Below are positions 18,580-26,750 of a stretch of DNA of 64,000 nt, piece after piece (positions within the stretch are counted from its first letter, which is position 1; each line of letters begins with the position of its first letter). The DNA comes from a virus (taxonomy: Duplodnaviria > Caudoviricetes), in IMG/VR virus record IMGVR_UViG_3300042013_000067, positions 160,001 to 224,000 of that record. One strand, given 5' to 3'. The translations under genes were made by a program, and so were the position numbers. The notes under the pieces were generated by a model, which was given only the letters and a program-made list of their open reading frames with translations, had not been told where the DNA came from and ran no database searches.

Positions 18580-19839
18580 ATGCAACGCAAGACTTATGAA
18601 TTACTGGGTGGTGATACTCAAGCTGGATTCAAGCCAATTAAAGGCTGGACCATGGGTGTGCCAGTAGAGCCCGATGCCGTTAAACAGCTTAAGAATATAG
18701 CCTCGCTGCCCTTCATCCACTCGCATGTGGCGGTAATGCCTGACGTTCACGTCGGTAAAGGTGCGACCATAGGTACGGTCATCGCCACGCTGGGTGCAAT
18801 CATTCCAGCAGCGGTGGGTGTGGATATCGGTTGTGGCATGGCTGCACAACGTACCTCGCTAACCGCTAATGACCTGCCAGATAACCTGTCTGAGCTGCGG
18901 TCCTTCCTTGAGCAGTTGATCCCGCACGGGCGTACTGACAATGGTGGTGCGAACGATCGTGGTGCTTGGGGTTCTCAGGTAGCTCTGGATCACCAGATAG
19001 ACACAGTTCGTCTGGAAGCATCGCGTCTGCAGTTTGCACTGAATATGCTGGTGGCCAAGCATCCGAAGTTACAACGCGCTGCAGGCCGTGCATGGAATCA
19101 TTGCGGTACACTCGGCACGGGTAACCACTTCGTCGAGATCTGTCTGGATGAAGAAGACCGTGTATGGATCGTGCTGCACTCCGGTTCACGGGGCATCGGT
19201 AACGCCATTGGTACTTACTTCATCGATAAGGCCCAAGGTGAAATGCGGACACATCAGATCAACTTGCCTGATCGTGATCTGGCGTATTTGAAAGAAGGTT
19301 CGGTGTTGTATGCGGATTACCTCGATGCGATCAGCTGGGCACAGCGCTTTGCAGCATTGAACCGTACGGTGATGATGCATGCTGCTATTCAGGCACTGCA
19401 CATGTTCATGCAGCGGCCGATTGATTGTGATCTCGAAGCGGTCAACTGCCATCACAACTACGTGTCCCAAGAATACCACTTTGGTAACGATGTGCTGGTG
19501 ACGCGTAAGGGTGCGGTAAATGCACATGAAGGTTCGCTGGGTATTATCCCTGGTTCCATGGGGGCGAAGACCTTTATCGTCCGTGGTAAGGGTAATACCG
19601 AGTCCTTCTGTTCTTGCTCGCATGGTGCTGGTCGTGTGATGTCCCGTAAGGCGGCAGAGCGTACCTTCACCCTCGAAGACCACATTCGTGATACGGCTGG
19701 GATTGAATGCCGTAAAGATGAAGGTGTGCTCGATGAAACACCGAAAGCGTACAAGAACATCGATGACGTAATGTCCGCACAGGCAGAACTGGTCGATATC
19801 GTTCACACACTACGCCAAGTAGTTTGCGTTAAGGGTTAA
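18580..19839 (+). CDS. rtcB: RtcB RNA-splicing/repair ligase
   Basis: MPDVHVGKGATIG, VGVDIGCGM, LGTGNHFVE, LHSGSRG, HHNY, RKGA, IPGSMG, SCSHGAGR, DETPKAYK. Confidence 0.98.
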   Translation: MQRKTYELLGGDTQAGFKPIKGWTMGVPVEPDAVKQLKNIASLPFIHSHVAVMPDVHVGKGATIGTVIATLGAIIPAAVGVDIGCGMAAQRTSLTANDLPDNLSELRSFLEQLIPHGRTDNGGANDRGAWGSQVALDHQIDTVRLEASRLQFALNMLVAKHPKLQRAAGRAWNHCGTLGTGNHFVEICLDEEDRVWIVLHSGSRGIGNAIGTYFIDKAQGEMRTHQINLPDRDLAYLKEGSVLYADYLDAISWAQRFAALNRTVMMHAAIQALHMFMQRPIDCDLEAVNCHHNYVSQEYHFGNDVLVTRKGAVNAHEGSLGIIPGSMGAKTFIVRGKGNTESFCSCSHGAGRVMSRKAAERTFTLEDHIRDTAGIECRKDEGVLDETPKAYKNIDDVMSAQAELVDIVHTLRQVVCVKG

Positions 19840-19841
19840 AC

Positions 19842-19890
19842 GCCTACTTCTCGGAGTAGGCATAGTGCCGGGGGCAACCCCGGCTCTTAT
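19842..19890 (+). repeat. Double-hairpin direct repeat, right flank of rtcB
   Basis: GCCTACT-TCTCGG-AGTAGGC then ATAGTGCCGGGG-GCAA-CCCCGGCTCTTAT. Confidence 0.85.
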
Positions 19891-19931
19891 TCCATCTGGA
19901 GTAAAATATGTTAGCGAGTAAGGGATGTAAC

Positions 19932-20234
19932 ATGAACGACAATCCATTTAAAACATACTCTTGCCGGTTTGAGTTTACCCATGACTTTACGGCTTTTATT
20001 ATCGCTGCCGATAAACAAGGGGTGTTGATCAACACCAGTGAACTGCATCACCTTAAGAACGAGGGTGATAAGTACCCTGCTCCTGATGTCTACGTAGAGT
20101 TCAAGGCTGAAGCACCATTGGACATACTGCAAACTATTTTGAGACAGGGCTCTGATCTGCACGTGGGTCTTCAGACGCTTCGGCCAGTGGCCCTCAAAGA
20201 CAATCCTTTGGACCGTGATTACAACCTCATTTGA
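19932..20234 (+). CDS. Hypothetical protein
   Basis: AAGGGA RBS before ATG 19932. Confidence 0.7.
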   Translation: MNDNPFKTYSCRFEFTHDFTAFIIAADKQGVLINTSELHHLKNEGDKYPAPDVYVEFKAEAPLDILQTILRQGSDLHVGLQTLRPVALKDNPLDRDYNLI

Positions 20235-20252
20235 GAAAACTAAGGAATCGCC

Positions 20253-20753
20253 ATGTCACGATTAGCTACGATCCATGCGTCGATGGACGCTACGATGCAA
20301 GCGTTTCTGGAAGTCAGTGAAATCCAGAAGCACCTTATCAACCACTACGGGAAAGCGAGCTGGTTGCGGGATTTCCGCACCATGGGTTTCTACGTACCCC
20401 GGCAGAACGGGGCTACGGCATGGATGCTAAAACAGATCCTCCAAGAACCTGACTCGTTGTTGTTCTCCAAGTACCGGGACCATCTCATACAGAACTTCGA
20501 TGGTGCTGGGGTATGTGACGTAATGAAGCCCAAGACGTCCATGTTGTCTGCTGAAGTACAGGCTCGGATGCATGAGCCGTTTGAGTTGTCCCAGTGGATC
20601 AAGCACCAGAACTACCGTATTAAACCACTTAAGCTACTCGTGATCGAACAGTCCTGCGTGGTGTTCAACAACATCCGTATCAACAAGTTCTACGATTGGT
20701 TGGAGCAATCACCCGGCGTAACCAGTGAAACATTAATACTGCGCATCAACTAG
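20253..20753 (+). CDS. Hypothetical protein
   Basis: AAGGA RBS; 166 aa. Confidence 0.75.
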   Translation: MSRLATIHASMDATMQAFLEVSEIQKHLINHYGKASWLRDFRTMGFYVPRQNGATAWMLKQILQEPDSLLFSKYRDHLIQNFDGAGVCDVMKPKTSMLSAEVQARMHEPFELSQWIKHQNYRIKPLKLLVIEQSCVVFNNIRINKFYDWLEQSPGVTSETLILRIN

Positions 20754-20832
20754 ATATGTGTTCTTAGCACAATCACCATTCACGTTTTAAACCAGTCAGC
20801 AAGTGCCCGCTACGTCGAATGAGTCGACTTTT

Positions 20833-20906
20833 TGGCATGTAGCTCAGTTGGGTAGAGCAATCGGCTTTTAACCGATGGGTCGCAGGTTCAATCCCTGCCA
20901 TGCCAC
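20833..20906 (+). tRNA. tRNA-Lys(TTT), CCA not encoded
   Basis: Acceptor TGGCATG/CATGCCA, anticodon ATCGG-CTTTTAA-CCGAT, T arm GCAGG-TTCAATC-CCTGC. Confidence 0.93.
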
Positions 20907-20927
20907 TACTACTGACAGGTGAAATGA

Positions 20928-21455
20928 ATGTTGAATGAAATCGCTGTACGTACCCTTCCTGCTGCAAATCGTGTGATCCGTTCGATCGAACTGAAAGAGG
21001 TTACCATTAACTCTGAAGGTGAATCGTGGCGGTCTAAGGAACAGCGAGAAGGGTTGGTGATTGTGCTGGAATCCGGATGGTCTTTGGTGCTTGTGGATAT
21101 TTGCGGGCAGTCTTGCTGTGAACATCGTTACATGAGCACCCCGGACGATCTGGAATCTTTGGTGGGTGAAACGCTGGTGGGTATCCGTCACGGCGGTGTA
21201 ACCGATGGGGTCCATCACTATTGCGACAAAGAGGATGGTGCTGTGATCTTGGCGGGGGATGAGGAAGAACAGTGTTACTGCACTGATTCTCAGGAGGCAG
21301 AGTTCGTCCATATCCAAACCGATCGGGACTCTATCTGTATCGGGACTTACAACGAGCACAACGGTTACTACGGTGGCCTGAATCTTGCTGTGACTGTTCT
21401 TGATCCAGAAGGGCATGCGGTTGTCTATCAGAAAAGCTTCACCGAGGAGGATTAA
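20928..21455 (+). CDS. Hypothetical protein (acidic, QSCCEHRY and YNEHNGYYGG motifs)
   Basis: 175-aa plus-strand ORF; the overlapping minus-strand ORF is its shadow. Confidence 0.75.
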   Translation: MLNEIAVRTLPAANRVIRSIELKEVTINSEGESWRSKEQREGLVIVLESGWSLVLVDICGQSCCEHRYMSTPDDLESLVGETLVGIRHGGVTDGVHHYCDKEDGAVILAGDEEEQCYCTDSQEAEFVHIQTDRDSICIGTYNEHNGYYGGLNLAVTVLDPEGHAVVYQKSFTEED

Positions 21456-21456
21456 G

Positions 21457-21489
21457 TTGGGGGTCTTCGGACCCCCGGCTATTCCGTCT
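21457..21489 (+). terminator. Hairpin with TATTCCGTC tail
   Basis: GGGGGTC-TTCG-GACCCCC followed by GGCTATTCCGTC. Confidence 0.7.
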
Positions 21490-21515
21490 ATCAATTTTAC
21501 AGACAAGGGTACGAC

Positions 21516-22079
21516 ATGAGCACTGTTGATCGTTTCAAAGAGAAACAAATTAAAGACGCTGCTACCAAGGAGCAGTTGGATCACGTCGAGTCCATCAAGA
21601 AGATGATCTCGATCCAACCAGACAACCCAGTCTGGGCTCTGGCGTTGCCAATCCAAGAAGTCTTTGCCCAAGCCGAGTACCGCGATCAACATGGCGCTTA
21701 TGCCGTTACTTTCGCTAAAGGTGAAGATGGTTCGAATGCTGTAGTCTGGAACAGTAAGGTACGTGGTGTTCAGGAACCCTTCCTGTCTGTACAAGCTACG
21801 CCACGTGTTGCACCACGAGCTGCGCAGATAGCACCACCGGATGTCCTCGATGAATTCCTGTACATGATCGAAGACATCAACCAGAACGATAAGGGCGCCA
21901 GTGCTGCATTGATCCGGGCTGCGGTATTGTCATTCAAAGCGCTATTGGTTACCGTGCTGGATGGTGATCCTGCAACGAACCACTATTTCATTCAAGCCTA
22001 TACTCAAGATCGCAAGTACCTGATGGACATTCAGGTCTACTACGACGTAATCCAAGACGACATCGAGCACCAGGGGTAA
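21516..22079 (+). CDS. Hypothetical protein
   Basis: 187 aa, RBS, operon context. Confidence 0.75.
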   Translation: MSTVDRFKEKQIKDAATKEQLDHVESIKKMISIQPDNPVWALALPIQEVFAQAEYRDQHGAYAVTFAKGEDGSNAVVWNSKVRGVQEPFLSVQATPRVAPRAAQIAPPDVLDEFLYMIEDINQNDKGASAALIRAAVLSFKALLVTVLDGDPATNHYFIQAYTQDRKYLMDIQVYYDVIQDDIEHQG

Positions 22080-22082
22080 AGC

Positions 22083-22403
22083 ATGACCACGATTCGTGTA
22101 TCTGCGATTCATCTGATCCGGACCAAGAAACTCAAGTCGGGTGTCGTAATCGTCCGGCATCGCAAGACAATCACCGATGCCAAGACCACGACCGTTAAGG
22201 TAGGTGATCAACTCAAACTTACTGCGGTGTTCGATAATAAGTGGGCGGTTGGAAGCATGTCCGGGACGCTCGACATTACGACTGGTAACTTTAGCGCCAC
22301 GGTCGACAGTTGTGAGTTACGGGGTTACCTGCGGGGACGAGGGTTCAAACCATTGGGTTACGGTCTGTCGGCCAACAACACCAATATTCGTCGTCGAGGG
22401 TGA
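22083..22403 (+). CDS. Hypothetical protein
   Basis: 3 nt after the previous stop. Confidence 0.65.
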   Translation: MTTIRVSAIHLIRTKKLKSGVVIVRHRKTITDAKTTTVKVGDQLKLTAVFDNKWAVGSMSGTLDITTGNFSATVDSCELRGYLRGRGFKPLGYGLSANNTNIRRRG

Positions 22404-22407
22404 GCTC

Positions 22408-22602
22408 ATGTTCGAAGACCTACTTCGTAAAATCCGTGACGAGATGACCCCAGAGGAAAAGCTACGGGAACTATGTGGCCCTCAGTGGGGTGGTGCTTAT
22501 AAAGGTGAGATGAAGAACGATCACGGCGAGCGAACCAATCGTAAGCTGAAGGACCAGCCCTTCTATCATCGTAGCGGCAACAAGAAGATGCGCCGTTTCT
22601 AA
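22408..22602 (+). CDS. Small hypothetical protein (64 aa)
   Basis: GAGG RBS; start reassigned to ATG 22408. Confidence 0.6.
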   Translation: MFEDLLRKIRDEMTPEEKLRELCGPQWGGAYKGEMKNDHGERTNRKLKDQPFYHRSGNKKMRRF

Positions 22603-22618
22603 TTAGACTGGAGGATAC

Positions 22619-23302
22619 ATGGAAGGACTTAACGTTTATAATGAACCACGGGCTCTGGAGGCGGAACGTGAGCTCTGTGAGTTCATTGGTGACTTGTCTG
22701 AAGGGGTGTTGAGCTGTAGCTTCAATGATGACGAGATCTTAGGTCTTGTGCTCAAAGATGGTTTGAACGAACAAGTCGAGTGGGTCTGTAAGCAGGAACG
22801 TGACCGATGCATGGGTGAGATTGGTCGTCACACACCACCTGACGGTGATTGGGATGCTGAGTTAATCCGACGCCTTACGGCTCTACGTGGCTGGCCTGAG
22901 GGGTGGTACGCACCTTTAACCTTGTTGAGTGATCTGCCTGAACACTACCAGCGACTCTTCCGTGGTACTATGCACGAACACCTACTGACTCCGGAGGTGG
23001 GTGATACCATCCACTTGACCGCGTACCGGATCGAGTTCCCGACGATGGCCGATGCTCTGACCTCGGGTCAAAGTGTGTGTTGCCAGCTCGATGAACCCTA
23101 CCTGTTACGTCGCGATGGTAAAGGGCATATGGCCGTGCATTTTACAGTGGACATCGACAACATTCAGTGTGATGTCGTAATCACCCACATGGGCAACGGA
23201 ACCACGTACTCTAGCTGCGTAGTGACGCACGACGTTACCAAGGTGCAGTATCACGCGCGTGTGTTCCCACAACTTAACGTCACGACTCCTGTAGTGGTGT
23301 AA
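22619..23302 (+). CDS. Hypothetical protein
   Basis: GGAGG RBS; 227 aa. Confidence 0.75.
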   Translation: MEGLNVYNEPRALEAERELCEFIGDLSEGVLSCSFNDDEILGLVLKDGLNEQVEWVCKQERDRCMGEIGRHTPPDGDWDAELIRRLTALRGWPEGWYAPLTLLSDLPEHYQRLFRGTMHEHLLTPEVGDTIHLTAYRIEFPTMADALTSGQSVCCQLDEPYLLRRDGKGHMAVHFTVDIDNIQCDVVITHMGNGTTYSSCVVTHDVTKVQYHARVFPQLNVTTPVVV

Positions 23303-23311
23303 GGAGGCTAC

Positions 23312-24136
23312 ATGCAGCATGCCGATCTATTGCTAGAGATCTGCCGTGAGATCATGGCTAAAGACCCTAGGCTGGCTACCATGGATGCGGGTCCTAGTTC
23401 TGATACTTACGGGGTGGCCACGAAGATTCACGTGCCTGAAGGTAACTGGGCTTTCTTTCAATTGAAGGGGCAGGAAGATCGCAAGACCTTTGTCTATCGT
23501 GTCCCTGAAGACATCCCCTATCTGTATCACCGCATTGTGGGTAAATGTCCACCCGGCTATGTACTGGTGGAGATGGATGCTGAAACGCGGTGTATTTACG
23601 CGCAACTCACCGAGGGTCAGACATTCTACTGTCCGGAGACCACGTGGATGGTGCATGACTGGGCCACCAAGCGGGATATCCGTCAAATGACCCATTGGTA
23701 TCGGTGGAGTGAAGCAGAGAAGCACGCCTTTCTTGATAAACGCTATCCCAAAGGAGCTAAGTACATGCCGGTTCATGAAGCCATCCAAGTACACAACCTC
23801 AAAGATGCCGAGGCCCATCGGACACTGCTGAAAGATCTGGAACAGTTGGGTTATACCGACTTTAATCAGGTCATGACCCTGCTCAAGGACAAACGTTCTG
23901 AGGTGCTCCAAGAGCGTGATTTCCAGATCTGGGCAGAAGGATACCAAGCAACGGGTGAGCATGCTCCTGCACGCCTTGTAGGCACGCAGACGGCCTATTC
24001 ATTCCATGATGCCTGTGTCAAGCAGTACGAGGCAGCTGAACACCACTCGAAGACGTATTGGAACTCCGATCGCACTGCTATCTGGGGTTGCCGTCTGTTC
24101 GACAACGAAGCCGATGCACGTAAGTCATTTGGTTAA
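23312..24136 (+). CDS. Hypothetical protein
   Basis: AAGGAGG RBS; 274 aa; ends IWGCRLFDNEADARKSFG. Confidence 0.8.
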   Translation: MQHADLLLEICREIMAKDPRLATMDAGPSSDTYGVATKIHVPEGNWAFFQLKGQEDRKTFVYRVPEDIPYLYHRIVGKCPPGYVLVEMDAETRCIYAQLTEGQTFYCPETTWMVHDWATKRDIRQMTHWYRWSEAEKHAFLDKRYPKGAKYMPVHEAIQVHNLKDAEAHRTLLKDLEQLGYTDFNQVMTLLKDKRSEVLQERDFQIWAEGYQATGEHAPARLVGTQTAYSFHDACVKQYEAAEHHSKTYWNSDRTAIWGCRLFDNEADARKSFG

Positions 24137-24162
24137 ATAGAACACATCTACCGCGGTTCTGA

Positions 24163-24177
24163 AAAGAACTACAGCTC
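24163..24177 (+). promoter_or_regulatory. Repeated intergenic motif AAAGAAYTACAGCTC (possible second promoter class)
   Basis: 14/15 identical to 59593-59607; the core AGAATTAC also occurs near 17905 and at 18033. Confidence 0.4.
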
Positions 24178-24259
24178 AGTTCCTACTATGCGGGTATAGC
24201 TTTCACCAGTATATCCGCACATTAACGGAATAAAGGACACCGGCCTCATCGCCGGGCTT

Positions 24260-24484
24260 ATGTCCACCAAGGAGGTTTTGATGTCAGCACACAATATCGA
24301 CGACGACGATCAAGTGATTCAAGATCAGTTTAACCGCATACGCAGGCATACCTCGATAGCCTGCATCCTCTGGGTGCCTCCCGAACGGATCACACCAGAG
24401 CGACGATCCAGCGGTATACTGGTTTTGCAACCCCATGTCGTCGACTATCCCAACCTGCTCGAAACACCACTTCGATCTTACTGA
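24260..24484 (+). CDS. Small hypothetical protein
   Basis: AAGGAGG RBS precedes the internal ATG (MSAHNIDDDD...), the likely true start. Confidence 0.6.
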   Translation: MSTKEVLMSAHNIDDDDQVIQDQFNRIRRHTSIACILWVPPERITPERRSSGILVLQPHVVDYPNLLETPLRSY

Positions 24485-24647
24485 GAAACGACCATGTCAA
24501 CCATACCCCGAAGCCACGTGATGCCTAAGAAGCAACGTGAAGTGAGTGCCAATAACCCACTGCTGTTCAAATGCCGTTGGCAGCTAGTGAAATTGGTTTT
24601 CCCCACTAAAAAGGAGAAGACTATACAGTAACTCCTGGCTAAGGGGG

Positions 24648-24685
24648 AGACATAGCGAATCTGACCCGGTTCGCTATGTCTTTTG
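24648..24685. terminator. 12-bp perfect inverted repeat in an AT-rich intergenic region
   Basis: AGACATAGCGAA-N10-TTCGCTATGTCT followed by TTT. Confidence 0.65.
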
Positions 24686-24762
24686 ATTCCATTTTGCTTA
24701 AGAACTATATTGTCTTTGTGAATTAGGAGCAATAAGCTCATCATCCTTTTAAGGAAGAAACA

Positions 24763-25224
24763 ATGTTTAACACCAAAGGCAATCAGTGGGTTATTCCTGA
24801 ACTCGGTCTGTTGGATATCCCAGACCACTTAGTCCGCATGCGGGATGCTTGGGCTATCGAAACAGATGTTGATACTTGGTGGGTATGGCGTGATGTAGAT
24901 CACGGCTGGAACTACATGGAGTCACTGCGTGAAGCGGCGGTATTCGCTATCACCATCGGTAGTCTAGAGACTGAAGAAGCACGTATGTGCAACGACCTGT
25001 ATCGCAAAGATCGTCTGACGGCGACTGGCGTGATCGGCGTGTTCTTTCGCTCTGGTTTAAAGCAAGCGTACCATGTGATTCTAGATGGTGTGGTGACCAT
25101 CTTCCCTTATAACGAAGGGAAGGGCTTCTGTAAGGCCGTAGCGGCTTCTGAGAAGCTAATGAGTGCAACCACCAAGAACTTCATCAAACGCGTCGGAGCC
25201 GACGCTAGGCTACATCTGCCGTAA
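24763..25224 (+). CDS. Hypothetical protein
   Basis: AAGGA RBS; 153 aa. Confidence 0.75.
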   Translation: MFNTKGNQWVIPELGLLDIPDHLVRMRDAWAIETDVDTWWVWRDVDHGWNYMESLREAAVFAITIGSLETEEARMCNDLYRKDRLTATGVIGVFFRSGLKQAYHVILDGVVTIFPYNEGKGFCKAVAASEKLMSATTKNFIKRVGADARLHLP

Positions 25225-25286
25225 TCAAACACTAGCCCTCCCAATTGGGAGGGCTATATTCCGACTTGGATAGGGAGTGGTAAAAG

Positions 25287-25442
25287 ATGCGGGTAATTGT
25301 AAACCTGTTTGAATTGTTGGGTGTACTGGCGGTACTGGGTATCTTTGGATGGATGTGGGTCACGCGTAAGTTAGCGGCACGACGTGAACGCAAACTGACT
25401 GAGCGTCTACAGAAAGCTGCGGTCGATATTGCTAAGCAATAA
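25287..25442 (+). CDS. Small membrane protein (51 aa)
   Basis: GGGAG RBS; N-terminal hydrophobic helix followed by a basic tail. Confidence 0.65.
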   Translation: MRVIVNLFELLGVLAVLGIFGWMWVTRKLAARRERKLTERLQKAAVDIAKQ

Positions 25443-25482
25443 GCATGGGGACCTTCGGGTCCCTTATGCCGTCTTTTATTTT
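25443..25482 (+). terminator. Boundary hairpin element
   Basis: GCAT-GGGACC-TTCG-GGTCCC-TTATGCCGTC followed by a T-run. Confidence 0.75.
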
Positions 25483-25532
25483 TTACTGGATTCCCTAAGC
25501 TATGTATGTAAACACTTACTCAGGGAACCCAC

Positions 25533-25964
25533 ATGAATTGCTTTATCGATTGCGAGTTCAACGGTGGTCATGGCGAACTGATCTCCATGGCTATTGTTAG
25601 CGAGGATGGTCAACGCGTGTTCTACGAAGTTATCGAACACAAGCAGCCTACGGTCGAGTGGGTTGCTGAGCATGTTATTCCGATACTCGACAAGCCTGCT
25701 TTACCACCAGCTATCTTTAAAGAACGTCTGAAGAAGTTCTTGGATGCTTTGCCGAAGCTGACTTTGATCGCTGACCACGCGGCAGACCTCTTCTACTTCA
25801 CTCAGCAAATCATCGGTGCTGAAGGCTGGATGATGATCGAATACCAACTGGATATGCGTGTAGATCCAGCGGTCTCTGCGAAAAAATCCACACGCAAACA
25901 CAATGCTTTAGAAGACGCTAAAGCAGTGCGCCTCTCCTGGCTCCAAATCAACGGCTACATCTGA
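25533..25964 (+). CDS. DEDDh 3'-5' exoribonuclease (Rv2179c-like)
   Basis: FIDCEFNG...LISMAIV...FYEV...WVAEHVIP...HNALEDA. Confidence 0.85.
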   Translation: MNCFIDCEFNGGHGELISMAIVSEDGQRVFYEVIEHKQPTVEWVAEHVIPILDKPALPPAIFKERLKKFLDALPKLTLIADHAADLFYFTQQIIGAEGWMMIEYQLDMRVDPAVSAKKSTRKHNALEDAKAVRLSWLQINGYI

Positions 25965-25992
25965 CCAACAAACTAAAAGGAATTGTTTCCTC

Positions 25993-26703
25993 ATGGCCCA
26001 AGCTACTAAGAAAAAACCACAGACCGGTAAGAACAAAGCCGCCGCCGTCATCATCAGCGACAACCCAACCCGTCGTTCTCGCGCTGAACGGGCTATGGTA
26101 CAACTGACGACTACCAGCTTCCCTCATTACCTGATCGGCAACATCGTTCATGCCATGTCCGAAGGTAACGAGGCTCAGTCCAAACAAGCACTGGACGTTG
26201 AGAACAAGTTCGGTCTGCTGGACTTCGTGCGCAGCCTGACTATCTCGGCTAACGAAACCGGCATGGAATTCACCGTGGGTTGGTTGACTATCGATGGCGT
26301 CAGTACGCGCATCGACAGCCAGTTGGCTCAAGAGCTGACCTTGGCGAACTTCGCTGGCGATAAAGCGGCCCAAGCCAATCTGGCTAAGGACACGGTGTTG
26401 GCCACTCGTTTGGTTGATGTGTTCCACCGCAGTCAAGTGCGCGGCATGACTCGCGTGCATGATATCAAGACCGGTAACTGGCGTCTGGTAGAGAAGCGTC
26501 TGACTGCAGGCAATGGCATCGGCTTGGCAGCCTTGGGCCGTAGCGAAACTGTTTTCGATCTCTCCAGTACTGATGCGGTCAACCTGGTGGTCGATGCATT
26601 GAGTCAAGAGAAGTTCTCCTTGGCGCTGTCCTCGGAAACTATCACGATCGTTCATGGTGACGTCACCAAAGTGATCACCTACGAAGTACCACCGCGCGCT
26701 TAA
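25993..26703 (+). CDS. Hypothetical protein (236 aa)
   Basis: AAGGA RBS; codon usage resembling highly expressed genes. Confidence 0.8.
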   Translation: MAQATKKKPQTGKNKAAAVIISDNPTRRSRAERAMVQLTTTSFPHYLIGNIVHAMSEGNEAQSKQALDVENKFGLLDFVRSLTISANETGMEFTVGWLTIDGVSTRIDSQLAQELTLANFAGDKAAQANLAKDTVLATRLVDVFHRSQVRGMTRVHDIKTGNWRLVEKRLTAGNGIGLAALGRSETVFDLSSTDAVNLVVDALSQEKFSLALSSETITIVHGDVTKVITYEVPPRA

Positions 26704-26750
26704 TGGCGGACATAGGCCCCTCCCACGATGGGAGGGGCTTTATGCCGTCA
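26704..26750. terminator. Bidirectional boundary hairpin between convergent genes
   Basis: GCGGACATAG-GCCCCTCCC-ACGAT-GGGAGGGGC-TTTATGCCGTCA. Confidence 0.8.

Noticed and set aside
20868-21794. 308-aa minus-strand ORF
   Set aside because: Overlaps tRNA-Lys, a terminator and two well-supported plus-strand genes
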